A stretch of 61,933 bases of DNA from a virus (lineage: Duplodnaviria > Caudoviricetes): IMG/VR virus record IMGVR_UViG_3300027798_000045, positions 1-61,933 of that record; one strand, 5' to 3'. The notes below the pieces were generated by a model. It worked only from the letters and a program-made list of their open reading frames with translations. It made no database searches and had not been told where the DNA came from. This document shows positions 46,261 to 56,626 of this stretch, piece after piece (positions within the stretch are counted from its first letter, which is position 1; each line of letters starts with the position of its first letter). Position numbers and translations under genes: made by a program.

Positions 46261-47052
46261 ATGGCGCAACAGCAATCAATTCCAGGCGTGTTCGCCTACC
46301 TATCCGAAGGTGGCCCAAGGCTGGCCGAGTCGTTCACGTCCGGCATGAACGCGGGCAGTCGCGTGAAGGCTCAACAGTCCGAGGATGCTCGTGCGAAGGC
46401 AGACCAAGAGTTCCGCGCGGACAAGGAAAAGTACAACCGCGGCCGCGACACGACTGAAGACACGTACAAGCGTGGCCGTGACACGACCGAGGACCAGTTC
46501 AAACGCGACGCGATTGCGCGGCAGGACGAGATGAACAAGCAGGGTCTCATGCAGCGTTACGGGCAGGACCTCAAGTACGCCGCGGATGGGTCGGTGGATT
46601 TGCAGTCGTCGGAGAATGCCAGAAACCAACGCGCACTTGACGCGCAGGCTGCGGAGGCGTACGGCCAACAGAGTGGGCTTGGCGTCGAGGGGCCGTTCCC
46701 GCAGAACGTGATGGAGAATCCAGCGTATCCGGTCGGCGCAGCCAAGGGGATGGCAGAGAAGGTCAGGTTGGATAACGCATCAAAGATTGCAGAGGACAGA
46801 AACAACGAGCGTTTTTTAGACGCACTAATGCGTGGAAGTGGAGGGTATGGAGCTGAAAAAACTCCTCCTGAAATCACCGAACTAAACGGTGTTCCTGGAG
46901 TCAGCAGCAACGGTCGATTTACGCCGCTGACGGGAGACTCCCTGCGCGGCTACCGTCAGGCGCACCGGCCGAAGACCAACGCTGCACCGACCGCACCGAC
47001 CATCCGCGTCACCCGTGGACCGAACGGCGAAATCACCATCACCCGCCCGTAG
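46261..47052 (+). CDS. Internal virion/ejection protein
   Basis: Position in the module; tandem RGRDTTED repeat. Confidence 0.5.
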   Translation: MAQQQSIPGVFAYLSEGGPRLAESFTSGMNAGSRVKAQQSEDARAKADQEFRADKEKYNRGRDTTEDTYKRGRDTTEDQFKRDAIARQDEMNKQGLMQRYGQDLKYAADGSVDLQSSENARNQRALDAQAAEAYGQQSGLGVEGPFPQNVMENPAYPVGAAKGMAEKVRLDNASKIAEDRNNERFLDALMRGSGGYGAEKTPPEITELNGVPGVSSNGRFTPLTGDSLRGYRQAHRPKTNAAPTAPTIRVTRGPNGEITITRP

Positions 47053-47064
47053 CCCTCAAACACC

Positions 47065-50000
47065 ATGCCGAAACTTGTCGATTTCGAGGGAGTCGGAACC
47101 GTCGAGGTTCCGGATGATTTCCGTGACTCTGAGCTGACCGACCTCTACGGCCAGCTCTCCCAAGGTCGCCACTCCTCCGCGGCGAATGCGTTCATGCGGG
47201 CCGGAGGTGAGATGCTCGGTGGTGCCCTGTCCGGCGCGGCCAGAGTCATCCAAGCGTTCCCGCCTCCGACGCACAACCCGTACACCGGCGCTCCCATCCC
47301 GCGCGGGCCGGCAGTTCCGCTCGAAGAGGAGCCCATCTACAAGTTCGGGCAGGACCTGTCTGCCGGCGCTCGCGAAGCCTACCCCGTCAACCCGCTTCAC
47401 GCCGACAACCTCGAAACCGCCGTCGCGTCCGGGGCGGGTTCCGTGGTCGGGCTTCTGCCGTCTGCGCTTGCCGGCCCGCTGGCACCGGTGGCATCCGGCC
47501 TTACCTACGGCCTCTCCTCCGGAGAACAGGGCGCACAAGAGGCGTCGCAGTCCATCGACAACCAGATTGCCCAAGCTCTCGCGAAGGGCGACGAGGAGAC
47601 GGCGCAGCGGCTCACGCAAGCGAAGCCCGGCATCGTGAACAAAGCATTCGCGGGGTACGGCCTCGCGGGCGCTCTGTCCGAGGGCGCGCTCGGTGTGGCT
47701 GGAAAGCTCCCGATGCTCGCGAAGATGGGTGCGAAGCGCGGCGTCGTGAACAGCGCGCTGCGTGGGGCTGGAACGGAGGCGCTGCAAGAGGGCGGAGAGC
47801 AGGCCATTCAGAACATCACGTCGAAAGCGCTCTACGACCCGAACCGTTCGATAACCGAAGGCGTCACCATGAACGCCGGCGCGGGAGGCATCGTTGGCGG
47901 ACTGTTCGGCGGCGGCGCGGCATCCCTCGGGGCGCGTCAGCGCAAGGCCCGTCTCGACGCCATCCGGGCGGACCGAGCTGGTCGCGTGCTGAACCCCATG
48001 AGCCCAGAGGACGCAGCTCTGGCCCCGCTGTCCGCGAGCGCCGTGAAGTCCACCGCGGCGGAGGCGGAGGATTTCCTGAGCAAGCAGCTCACGGCGGAGG
48101 ACCTCGGGCTGGATACGGGTGCCGCACCGGTGAACCCAGACGCGGCCTACCAGCCTCCGGTCGCGACAGGCCCGGTCGCCACGGTTGCGACGCCGGAGGA
48201 GATTGCACAGGCGAAAGCCGATGCTGAGGCGCAAGCGGCTCCAGGACCGGCAGCCACCGTCACAGCCGGCACACCAACGGTCACTCCGACTCCCGAACCT
48301 CCCGAGGTTATCGCCGCGCAGCTCGCGCTCACAGCCAGCCCGGATTCGTCCAAGGCGGTCACGCTGGTCACGCCCGGCGAGGACGTGCCACCCGTTCCAG
48401 AGGGCCTGCAAGCCGCGGAGACGCAGCACGGGACCGCGATTTTCAACCCGCAGAAAACGACGGAGCAGCAGGTCGAGGAGGCCGCGGCGGGCGACATCTT
48501 CGACCCCGCGTTGCTCGGGATGGGCGCGGCCGTGCCCGAGTCCGAGGTGGCCGTAACGACCACCGGCCCGGATGGAACCCGGAACGTGCTCTCGGAGCTG
48601 GTGACGGAAGAAACCGTCCAGCAGGCCATGCAGGCGCAGCAAGCGGCTGTTCCGGGCGGGACCACGGAAGTCGTGCCTGCGGGCCAAGTGTTGCAGGAGA
48701 GGGGGCGGGGAGCAGGCTCTGATATTTTGGGCATCATTTCTGACGCTCGCGCTACGCAGGCACGCTTTCTGAAAGAAAAAGGAACAACGATTGAGGAAGC
48801 ACGAAAACTGCCAAAGACACAGCAGGCAAAACTGCAATCCGATTACGAAGCGTGGCTAAAGACGGAAGGCGGATTCACTATTGCGCCGCAAGCAGGCGAC
48901 ACTACGGGATGGAAAAGAACGCAAGACTGGCGCAAGGCCGTTGAACAAGTTACAGACATTGAGGATAAACTGGACTGGCTTCGGGCTGTTGCAAACAACA
49001 GAGGTTCTAAAGCGACTGCGCTGGATTTGTCGGACGCACTAGACAAAGTGGAATCATTGCGCCGCGAATGGCCGGAGCATAGCCGCATTGGGAACGCTCT
49101 ATGGGACATCGCTCAAAACCCAGCGGCATCAGCAGAAACGAAAGCGCGGGCAATGGCGGCTCGTGAAGATTTGCTTTCTCAAGGGGGAAAGTTCCCCGAC
49201 CTCGCGACCACCCCCACCGCCGAGACAGGGGCGAAGGGGAAGATAATTGGTGAGCGTGTTATTCCAAAAGATTGGACAGTTTTGACCGAACAGGAAAATC
49301 CGCCACTCGACAGAGACTTGGCTGACTACTCGAAATGGAGACGGGACATTGCAGCCAGAGTTCTTCCTGAAGGAACTCACATTGAACGGGAGTCGTTGCA
49401 GATGGAAATTTCAAATGCAATTTCCGAAGAAACTGCCAAAAAGAATCCAGACGGGAAACCAAAGTATGACCAGTGGCAGACGCATATTGTCGGACAGAGA
49501 ATCGCCGGAGAGTTGATTACGGGCAAACGCGCTGACATTCTCAGAAAAGCCAAAGACCGCGCCTTGCGGGATGAATACTCTCAATGGGACATGGGCATGG
49601 AATGGCTGGATGACAAGCCAGCCCCGCTATCTGTTGAAGCATACAAGAAACACAGCAATGGAAAACCGTTGCCGGATGGCTTCGTAAAAGAAGGCGACCG
49701 CTACGTTTTCAAACCAAAGCCCGCCGCCGAGGCAGGGGCGAAGGGGACAAGTCTTGCTGAACTCCAATCCAAGCGTGATGCAACCGAGGCACAGCGAAAA
49801 GCCGAGGATGCCAGGCCGAGAAAGCAAGGATTGCGAAGCGCCAAGGCAATAGATTTACAAAAGCAGGTCGAAGAACTCGACGCGCAAATCGCACCACTGA
49901 AAGACGCAGAGCAGGCGCGCTTCAAGGCAGAAGCCACAACCCAAGAATCACAGGCGAGATTGGAAAAAGAGCGTATCGACAAAACGCCGTTGTCTGGGGA

Positions 50001-53000
50001 CGAAAAGACGGAACTTGAAAGCCTGCGATTCTCACTGGAATACCGAGGCAATCTACCAGCGGACAGGGGTGCTCGGTTGCGAGAACTTGAGATTCGAGAA
50101 AAGATCGCGCCCGCCCCCGCCGCCGAGACAGTGGCGAAGGGGAAGCCGGTGGAAACCGGAGTGGTTGATACGATTGCTGGGCGCATGGGCTTGTCCGAGT
50201 TCGAGAATAAAGGTTACGCGCCAGAACAAGTAACTCGCCAGAACTGGATTGATCTTCAACGCGCCGAACGGCGACGCCTTGGACAACAGGAAGGTGGAGA
50301 TAATCGCAACGCGCCTTGGGCAGAATACGAAAACTTCCACGAAGACGCGGTAAAGCGAGCACTTGCGAAAGGTGAAGAGGTTGATTCTCAAGTCTTGGCC
50401 GACTACCCCAACCTCGCCCCCACCACCCAGCCCGCCCCCAAGCCGGTGGAGCAGATGACGGCGGAGGAGCAGGCCCAAGTCAGCGACGACGTGACATGGA
50501 GGACGGGGGCCGGCGACATGGCGCGTGCGACAGTTCAGCGCATTTCAAAATTACCCTACGACGCAGAGCCGATGGCGGATGTGGACTGGTTCGGAGTTAA
50601 GCGCGTTCCAGTGTCGCAGCTTAGGATTGTGAAAAAGTCTTCCCGGCGCGTGTTCGGGGAACAATCGGCAGCAAAATCCGCAGCAGCTCAGACCCCTCAA
50701 ACCGTTGCGGCAGACGCTCCAAAAGCGGTAAGAGGAAAAGTCGAGGTAAAGGTTCGCAACCCATACGGATTAGCTCCAGAAAACGAAAAGATTCAGACAG
50801 TCACAGGAAAGATAATCACGCTTGATTCCGCATCCGGCCATGAGTTTGTAATTTACCCAACTGGGAAATACTGGAGAGTAGTTGAGAAAACTACCGGAAG
50901 TTCGTTTGGAAACGAAACCAAGACAACTCAAAAAGATGCAATAGAATCCGCAGAATTTGCGTTAAGGTCGGTAAAGCCGGGGCTGTTCAACCAAGTGGTA
51001 AAAGATGCTGAAAAGCTGAATCCAGACCTCAAGGCCACACCCTCACCCGCCGCCACTGCCCCGCAGCCCGCCGCGGTCCCGACCGAAGGCGTCGGTTCCA
51101 TCTACACCGGCCAGCTCAAGGGCGAACCGGCATGGGTGGTTCAGCAGGGGGAAAAGAAGGGTGTCGGCGACACAATCTGGCGCTCGCGATCGGAGGCCGA
51201 GAAGGAATCTGCCGGAACAATAAAGCGCATCGCTCGGCGCGCGGAGATTCTGAAAGAGGAGGAGGCTGCGAAGGCAAAGGCTGCGGCAGACCTTGCCGAA
51301 CAAAGCAAGCTCGACGGCTTCGAGGAAGGCATGACGCCGGTGCAGCTCGGCCGCGCTAGGAAGGTGCTGTCTGAGACCCGCACAATCTGGAACGGAAAAG
51401 AGGACACGCGCAGGAACCACATCAAGCGCCTCGTGAACGAGGGGCGCACCATTGACGTTGGGCCGAACGGCAAGCGTAGGCTCATCACTCCCGACGGGTC
51501 GTTCTTCGGCGAGGACCAGACCACGAAGCTCGGGATGGACTACGCCGCGCATCTGATCGAGAACCGGAACGAAGAGGCTCAGGTCGCGGTCGAGCAGCCC
51601 GCCCCGGCACTCCCCTCCGAACCTGCCCGCGTCCAACTCCGTTCCGGCCCGCAAACCTACACCATCGAGGAGCAACTGCCCGCGCATAAGGGAGACCAAC
51701 CCGGCGAGGTGTACTTCCGGGTCAAGAACGAGAAGACGGGCGAGGTGCAGACCGTCGAGTCAGGGGATTTGAAGCCGGTCAAGGGGAAGGCCGGCGCGCA
51801 GGCTCAGGCCGACCCCGTCGAAGCCATCCTGACCCGCGCGATTGACGCGACCAACCCGCAGGGCAAGACGTTCGACTTCGTCTCCGGCGTTTCCCACGCG
51901 GTCGCGCACACCGCCCTGAAAATCGCTCGCGCGGTGTACATCTCGACGCGGGACATGGCCGCTGCCGTGCGGGCCGCCGTCGCCCACATGCGCGACAACG
52001 CGACGGAGGGGTTCAACGAGGCCAAGGCGGAGGCGAAAGTAAGGGAGGCGCTGGGGGAGGGCCGTTCTGATTCGAGTATTTGGGAAATTCCAAACCAAGA
52101 AATCACCAGCGCAGATACTTCAATAAACGAACGGAAAACTCCGGCAACTTTCTCTAAGGTTTCGTTTGAGCCTGGAACTAAAAATGCAGACATAGGAGGT
52201 GGCAGGTTTGATAATGCTACCGAGTTGCTATCTAAGATTGGTGTTGAGAACGTAATCTTTGACCCGTTCAACCGTTCGCGGGCAGAAAATGAGGTGGCCG
52301 TTGGGAAAATTTCAAACGGGCAGTCCGATACAGCCACGGTGAACAATGTGCTGAACGTCATCAGTGACCCGGAAAACCGAGACAGGGTGATAGCGCAAGC
52401 GGCGGACGCCATCAAGGAAGACGGGACCGCCTACTTCCTGATCTACGAAGGCGACAAGACCGGGACCGGCAGGGTCACAAAGTCCGCCAACGGAGTGCCT
52501 GGAAGCTGGCAGGAAAACAGAAGCGCAGCATCGTATGTAAATGAAATCAGTGACCATTTTTCAGAAGTCAGCCGCTCTGGGAATCTGATTGCAGCAAGGG
52601 GGCCAATCAAGGAGACGGCAAAGGTTCAGAAGGCGCTTGGTAACACGAAGGCATCCAAGCGCAATAGCCTTCGCGTCCGACTATCCAGGGAGGCGCTCAC
52701 GGACCTCGCACTATCTCAGGCGAAGTGGAGGGACTGGTACAAGGAGCACCAGGACACACTCGACGCATTCTTCGGAAGCGACGCTGGCCTGTTCCAGAAA
52801 ATCCTAGCCATCACCTCGCAGGCGGCTTCGGTGAAGGCAAACGTCGGGCTCGCATTGAAGGCGTTCGCGCAGTTCAAGCAGGGCCTTGATTTCGACGGCA
52901 AGACGCGCGGCGAGGAGTCGTCCGGGTATCTTCCGGCAGTCATCGGGAACCTGAACGCGCTTCGGGCCGAGACGCAGATTCAGGGCCGGAAGATTGGCGC

Positions 53001-56000
53001 GTACACGTCCGCGAACGAGGGCAAGACCGATTCCGTTGTCGTTGACCGGCACATCGCCAGGATGCTGTTCGGGGTCGATACCCCGTCCGCCGCGCAGTAC
53101 GCGAAGGCGTCCAAGGTTCTGACGGAAATCGCCAACGAGCTTGGATGGGAACCTCGTCAGGTTCAGGCAGCACTTTGGGCCGCATCAATCGTAAAATCTG
53201 GAAAGGAACCGCAATCTTATGGACAATATCTCAGGACGTTACACTCAAGAGGAACCCTCAAAGAGCGAATTGGACACGTTGTTGACCGAAGCTCAGAAGT
53301 CCATGGAAATGGCGGACTCGGGGTCGCTGATTCTGGAGGAGTTCAAGAGGCGGATGGAGGCGGAAAGCAGCCCGAGGCCGACGCGGTAGAGGGGTTTTTC
53401 AACAGGGCCATCGAGGTCACGGACCCGAGGGGGAAAGCCTTCGACTTCGTCTCGGGTGTTTCCTACGCGGTGGCAAACGCGGCACTCAAAATCGCGCGGG
53501 CCGTGTACATCCGAACTCGCGATATGGCTTCCGCTGTTCGCGCGGCGGTGGAGCACATACGGGAGAACTCCGAAATCGGATTCGATGAGGCGGCAGCCGA
53601 ATCCAAGATCCGTGAGACGCTATCCAGCGAGCCCGCCATCCAGCCCCCCGCCGCCGCACCCGGAGCCCGCACGCAAGAATCCCGCGGGCAGTTCACGGGG
53701 CTCATCACGCGCGACGGGGCCGCACAGTGGTCCGAGGCTGCGGCCGGCTGGATCAAGCAGTTCAACGGCGACCTGAACGCGGCAACGGTGGCGGCAATCG
53801 GCGGCGAACTTCCGTCCGACGTGCGGCAGTTCGTTTTTGGGCAGCTCCTGGAGCTGACGAATCAGGCCATCGCGACGACGAAGAACCCCGTCGAACGGAA
53901 CCAGCTCCTGAACCTGCAAGCCCGGCAGGCGGACGCGATGAAGGACTCCGGCGCGCTCGGCGGCAAGACCCTCGCGGCCCGCTTCCTCGCGATGAAAGCC
54001 ATCGAGCACATCATGCCGGTGTTGCTCTACCGCGGCCTCGTCCGGAAGGCGCAGCTCCAGGCCATCCCGTTCACGAGTGTCACGTCGGATGCGGTCCGGT
54101 CGTGGCTCACGCAAGCCGGCCGACAGGCTGTCGCGGAGACACGCGAGGCGATGACCAAGGCCAACGCAGTCGTGGCCCGCGTACTGAAACAGCAAGTCTC
54201 CGATTACGGCCAGACATGGCGCGACATCGTCACAGCCTCCACGGAAGCACAGGGAAACCATCGCGCGGAGATCTTCAAGCGCATCGCCGCCCACCCGGCG
54301 CTCCAGGGGCTCGACCAAGCCTCGCAAATCGAGCTGACGAACCTTCTGTCGGACGCTTGGGAGCGCGAGCGGATGAAAATCTTCCGGGCTGAGTTCCGGA
54401 AAATGGTCCCGCTCCCGAAGAAAACCAAGGAGGTCGATGCGAAGAAGCTGTTCGACGCGATTCCTGACCTCGTCAAGCAGGCGAACCTCGGCCTCCTCGA
54501 CGACGAGCAGTTCCGTGACGCGCTCGCCAAGCGGTACGGCGTGGCGTCCGTGAACGATGCGACCGCTCGCCGGCTGAACGAGATGGCGCAGCAAGCGCAG
54601 AAGGCTCCGTCGGGGGTGATGAGAAGCCGCATCCTGTCGCAGATGGTGGACCTGATTCAAGTCGCTGGCGGAATCTCGAAGGCGCACGTCCTGCGCGACT
54701 ACTGGTACGCCGCGGTGCTATCCAGCCCGCGCACGCAGGTCGATAACGGGATGGCTCTCCTGAACGGAGCGTTGATGACGGCGCTTGCGTCCGCGCGTGA
54801 CCCGCAGGCAGCTCCGTTCGTGTGGCGCGCGTTCACGTCTGGTCTCGCGGAGGCGGGCCGTGATTTCGTTCCCATCCTCCAAGGCGAGCGGTGGCGCATG
54901 TCGAACATCGACATCGACCGGCCCGCGTCCGTGCTGGACGCGCTCCAGAAAAGCCCGAACTACGCCGCGAAGGCTCTAGGCTCGTTTGCCTACGTCGGCC
55001 GTCTTATTGCCGCCCTCGACCATCTGAACACGCTGGCGACCCGTGAGGCGATGCTGGCGTGGGCAATCCACCGGTCCACGGATGGCGACGCCCGCGAGAT
55101 GATGCGCCCCGGACCACAGGACATCGCCGCGGCCCGAGAGCGCGCTGTTCAGGAGGGCACGCCGGCCGCGCTGGTTCAGAAACGCACCCGTGAAATTCTG
55201 GAGGAGCGCATCTCCCCGGAGCTGCTCCTCTCTGCGACGACCATCGGGCAGGAGGCGGCCTACCAGAGCGAACCGTACGGGTTCCTCGGGTACTTCTACC
55301 GGGCCATCAAGGGCCTCGACAAACTGCCCTACGTCGGAGGCGTTTCGCGCATCCTGTCCGGCACCGCGTTCGCCCGGTACGCGGTCAACGCATCGAACGA
55401 CATGCTGAACTACGCAGCCCCGATTGCGCTGTTCAGGTGGTACGTTTCCGCGACCGAGAGGCAGGCAACCTCGAAGTTGAACTTCACCCCGGAGCAGCGG
55501 GACCTGATTTTGATGAAGGCCGCGCTCGGAACCGTGGCAGCAACGGCCGCGGCGGCGGCGTTCCTTGGCGGCGGAGACGACGACAAGAAGAAGCGGGCTA
55601 TCGACATCCAAGGGTCGTTCCGGTCGCTCGAAGGACCGAAGCGAAACCAGCTCCTGGCCGAGGGAAACATCCCCTACTCCATCCGCATCGGGAACACGTA
55701 CGTATCCTACCGGCAGCTTCCGGTGGCCGCTATTCTCGGGACCATCGGTGAGATGCGTGACCGGCAGAAGTACCAGCCGGATCAGTGGAAGGAAGAGTCT
55801 GTCGCGGCAAACATCGGCAACGGTGCGATTGCCGGCATGTTCCTCGTCCGAGACTCGGCTGCAATCAGCTCGTTCATGGACTTCCTCGGCGTCGCAAACG
55901 CCTACAAGTACGACGTGAAGGGCATCTCCGAGAAGTCCATCCCGAGGTACGTGTCGAAGATGCTCGGGTCGCTGGTGCCGAACGCCGCGAAAGACGTCGA

Positions 56001-56448
56001 AGCCTGGGTTGACCCGTCGCTGTACCGCGGCAACTCAGCCGGTGAGTATTTCCTCCAGCAGCTTCCGCTTGCGCGCCAACTTGCAGGTGAAGGCCCGCTT
56101 CTGAATCTCTTCGGCGAGCCGGTTCAGGCCGACAAGTACCCGTGGTCTCGCTGGGTGAGCGGCAGGGAAGTTTCTCCGGAGTGGGAGGCGGCCGGCAACC
56201 TGGCGGCCCGCGGCCTGTTCTTGCCCCAAGTCGCCGGGTTCTCGGTCACGAATGACGACGGAACCCGGCGCAAGGCCACTCCGCGCGAGCTGTACGCCTA
56301 CCAGCGCGAGGTCGGCGCGGGCTACAAGGAGTTCATCCGCGAGAACGCAGCGGAACTGCAAACGATGGACGCGAAGGAAGCGGCGGATTTCATCAAGCGA
56401 GAGACATCTGCAATTCGCCGCGGCGTGCGGTTCGACATCCAGCCTTGA
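47065..56448 (+). CDS. Giant polyvalent ejection protein (3127 aa) with MTase and HhH-glycosylase-like domains
   Basis: Ejection-type N-terminus; NADIGGG...DPFNR...NNVLNVI (SAM MTase); WY...LAITSQ...VVVDRH...QVQAALW; helical C-terminal domain. Confidence 0.8.
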   Translation: MPKLVDFEGVGTVEVPDDFRDSELTDLYGQLSQGRHSSAANAFMRAGGEMLGGALSGAARVIQAFPPPTHNPYTGAPIPRGPAVPLEEEPIYKFGQDLSAGAREAYPVNPLHADNLETAVASGAGSVVGLLPSALAGPLAPVASGLTYGLSSGEQGAQEASQSIDNQIAQALAKGDEETAQRLTQAKPGIVNKAFAGYGLAGALSEGALGVAGKLPMLAKMGAKRGVVNSALRGAGTEALQEGGEQAIQNITSKALYDPNRSITEGVTMNAGAGGIVGGLFGGGAASLGARQRKARLDAIRADRAGRVLNPMSPEDAALAPLSASAVKSTAAEAEDFLSKQLTAEDLGLDTGAAPVNPDAAYQPPVATGPVATVATPEEIAQAKADAEAQAAPGPAATVTAGTPTVTPTPEPPEVIAAQLALTASPDSSKAVTLVTPGEDVPPVPEGLQAAETQHGTAIFNPQKTTEQQVEEAAAGDIFDPALLGMGAAVPESEVAVTTTGPDGTRNVLSELVTEETVQQAMQAQQAAVPGGTTEVVPAGQVLQERGRGAGSDILGIISDARATQARFLKEKGTTIEEARKLPKTQQAKLQSDYEAWLKTEGGFTIAPQAGDTTGWKRTQDWRKAVEQVTDIEDKLDWLRAVANNRGSKATALDLSDALDKVESLRREWPEHSRIGNALWDIAQNPAASAETKARAMAAREDLLSQGGKFPDLATTPTAETGAKGKIIGERVIPKDWTVLTEQENPPLDRDLADYSKWRRDIAARVLPEGTHIERESLQMEISNAISEETAKKNPDGKPKYDQWQTHIVGQRIAGELITGKRADILRKAKDRALRDEYSQWDMGMEWLDDKPAPLSVEAYKKHSNGKPLPDGFVKEGDRYVFKPKPAAEAGAKGTSLAELQSKRDATEAQRKAEDARPRKQGLRSAKAIDLQKQVEELDAQIAPLKDAEQARFKAEATTQESQARLEKERIDKTPLSGDEKTELESLRFSLEYRGNLPADRGARLRELEIREKIAPAPAAETVAKGKPVETGVVDTIAGRMGLSEFENKGYAPEQVTRQNWIDLQRAERRRLGQQEGGDNRNAPWAEYENFHEDAVKRALAKGEEVDSQVLADYPNLAPTTQPAPKPVEQMTAEEQAQVSDDVTWRTGAGDMARATVQRISKLPYDAEPMADVDWFGVKRVPVSQLRIVKKSSRRVFGEQSAAKSAAAQTPQTVAADAPKAVRGKVEVKVRNPYGLAPENEKIQTVTGKIITLDSASGHEFVIYPTGKYWRVVEKTTGSSFGNETKTTQKDAIESAEFALRSVKPGLFNQVVKDAEKLNPDLKATPSPAATAPQPAAVPTEGVGSIYTGQLKGEPAWVVQQGEKKGVGDTIWRSRSEAEKESAGTIKRIARRAEILKEEEAAKAKAAADLAEQSKLDGFEEGMTPVQLGRARKVLSETRTIWNGKEDTRRNHIKRLVNEGRTIDVGPNGKRRLITPDGSFFGEDQTTKLGMDYAAHLIENRNEEAQVAVEQPAPALPSEPARVQLRSGPQTYTIEEQLPAHKGDQPGEVYFRVKNEKTGEVQTVESGDLKPVKGKAGAQAQADPVEAILTRAIDATNPQGKTFDFVSGVSHAVAHTALKIARAVYISTRDMAAAVRAAVAHMRDNATEGFNEAKAEAKVREALGEGRSDSSIWEIPNQEITSADTSINERKTPATFSKVSFEPGTKNADIGGGRFDNATELLSKIGVENVIFDPFNRSRAENEVAVGKISNGQSDTATVNNVLNVISDPENRDRVIAQAADAIKEDGTAYFLIYEGDKTGTGRVTKSANGVPGSWQENRSAASYVNEISDHFSEVSRSGNLIAARGPIKETAKVQKALGNTKASKRNSLRVRLSREALTDLALSQAKWRDWYKEHQDTLDAFFGSDAGLFQKILAITSQAASVKANVGLALKAFAQFKQGLDFDGKTRGEESSGYLPAVIGNLNALRAETQIQGRKIGAYTSANEGKTDSVVVDRHIARMLFGVDTPSAAQYAKASKVLTEIANELGWEPRQVQAALWAASIVKSGKEPQSYGQYLRTLHSRGTLKERIGHVVDRSSEVHGNGGLGVADSGGVQEADGGGKQPEADAVEGFFNRAIEVTDPRGKAFDFVSGVSYAVANAALKIARAVYIRTRDMASAVRAAVEHIRENSEIGFDEAAAESKIRETLSSEPAIQPPAAAPGARTQESRGQFTGLITRDGAAQWSEAAAGWIKQFNGDLNAATVAAIGGELPSDVRQFVFGQLLELTNQAIATTKNPVERNQLLNLQARQADAMKDSGALGGKTLAARFLAMKAIEHIMPVLLYRGLVRKAQLQAIPFTSVTSDAVRSWLTQAGRQAVAETREAMTKANAVVARVLKQQVSDYGQTWRDIVTASTEAQGNHRAEIFKRIAAHPALQGLDQASQIELTNLLSDAWERERMKIFRAEFRKMVPLPKKTKEVDAKKLFDAIPDLVKQANLGLLDDEQFRDALAKRYGVASVNDATARRLNEMAQQAQKAPSGVMRSRILSQMVDLIQVAGGISKAHVLRDYWYAAVLSSPRTQVDNGMALLNGALMTALASARDPQAAPFVWRAFTSGLAEAGRDFVPILQGERWRMSNIDIDRPASVLDALQKSPNYAAKALGSFAYVGRLIAALDHLNTLATREAMLAWAIHRSTDGDAREMMRPGPQDIAAARERAVQEGTPAALVQKRTREILEERISPELLLSATTIGQEAAYQSEPYGFLGYFYRAIKGLDKLPYVGGVSRILSGTAFARYAVNASNDMLNYAAPIALFRWYVSATERQATSKLNFTPEQRDLILMKAALGTVAATAAAAAFLGGGDDDKKKRAIDIQGSFRSLEGPKRNQLLAEGNIPYSIRIGNTYVSYRQLPVAAILGTIGEMRDRQKYQPDQWKEESVAANIGNGAIAGMFLVRDSAAISSFMDFLGVANAYKYDVKGISEKSIPRYVSKMLGSLVPNAAKDVEAWVDPSLYRGNSAGEYFLQQLPLARQLAGEGPLLNLFGEPVQADKYPWSRWVSGREVSPEWEAAGNLAARGLFLPQVAGFSVTNDDGTRRKATPRELYAYQREVGAGYKEFIRENAAELQTMDAKEAADFIKRETSAIRRGVRFDIQP

Positions 56449-56626
56449 TGGCTTCACGCCAAGCCTCCGCGACATGCGTAGCGGTCGGAGTATTCGAGCC
56501 GGCCAGCGAATTGAGACGACACTCCATCGTGTAGCATCCGTCGTTCGTCAGCAGGCTCCAGTCCGCGGTCGCGGCAAGCAGGCGGTCCTCGTCGGAGCCT
56601 TCCGGGATGTGGGTCACGGGTATCAC
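56393..56626 (-). CDS. Hypothetical protein
   Basis: GTG coupled to the exonuclease stop; converges on the giant gene. Confidence 0.35.
   Translation of the reverse strand: MIPVTHIPEGSDEDRLLAATADWSLLTNDGCYTMECRLNSLAGSNTPTATHVAEAWREAIKAGCRTARRGELQMSLA

Noticed and set aside
47056-48837. 593-aa antisense ORF over the giant gene (likewise 18695-19957, 37311-38399, 42228-43343, 53620-54687)
   Set aside because: Antisense shadows; unlike the MTase beta frame they carry no recognisable motif.
49217-50143. 24-bp repeats as CRISPR or integron attC sites
   Set aside because: They are in-frame coding linkers 400-500 bp apart and lack palindromic structure.
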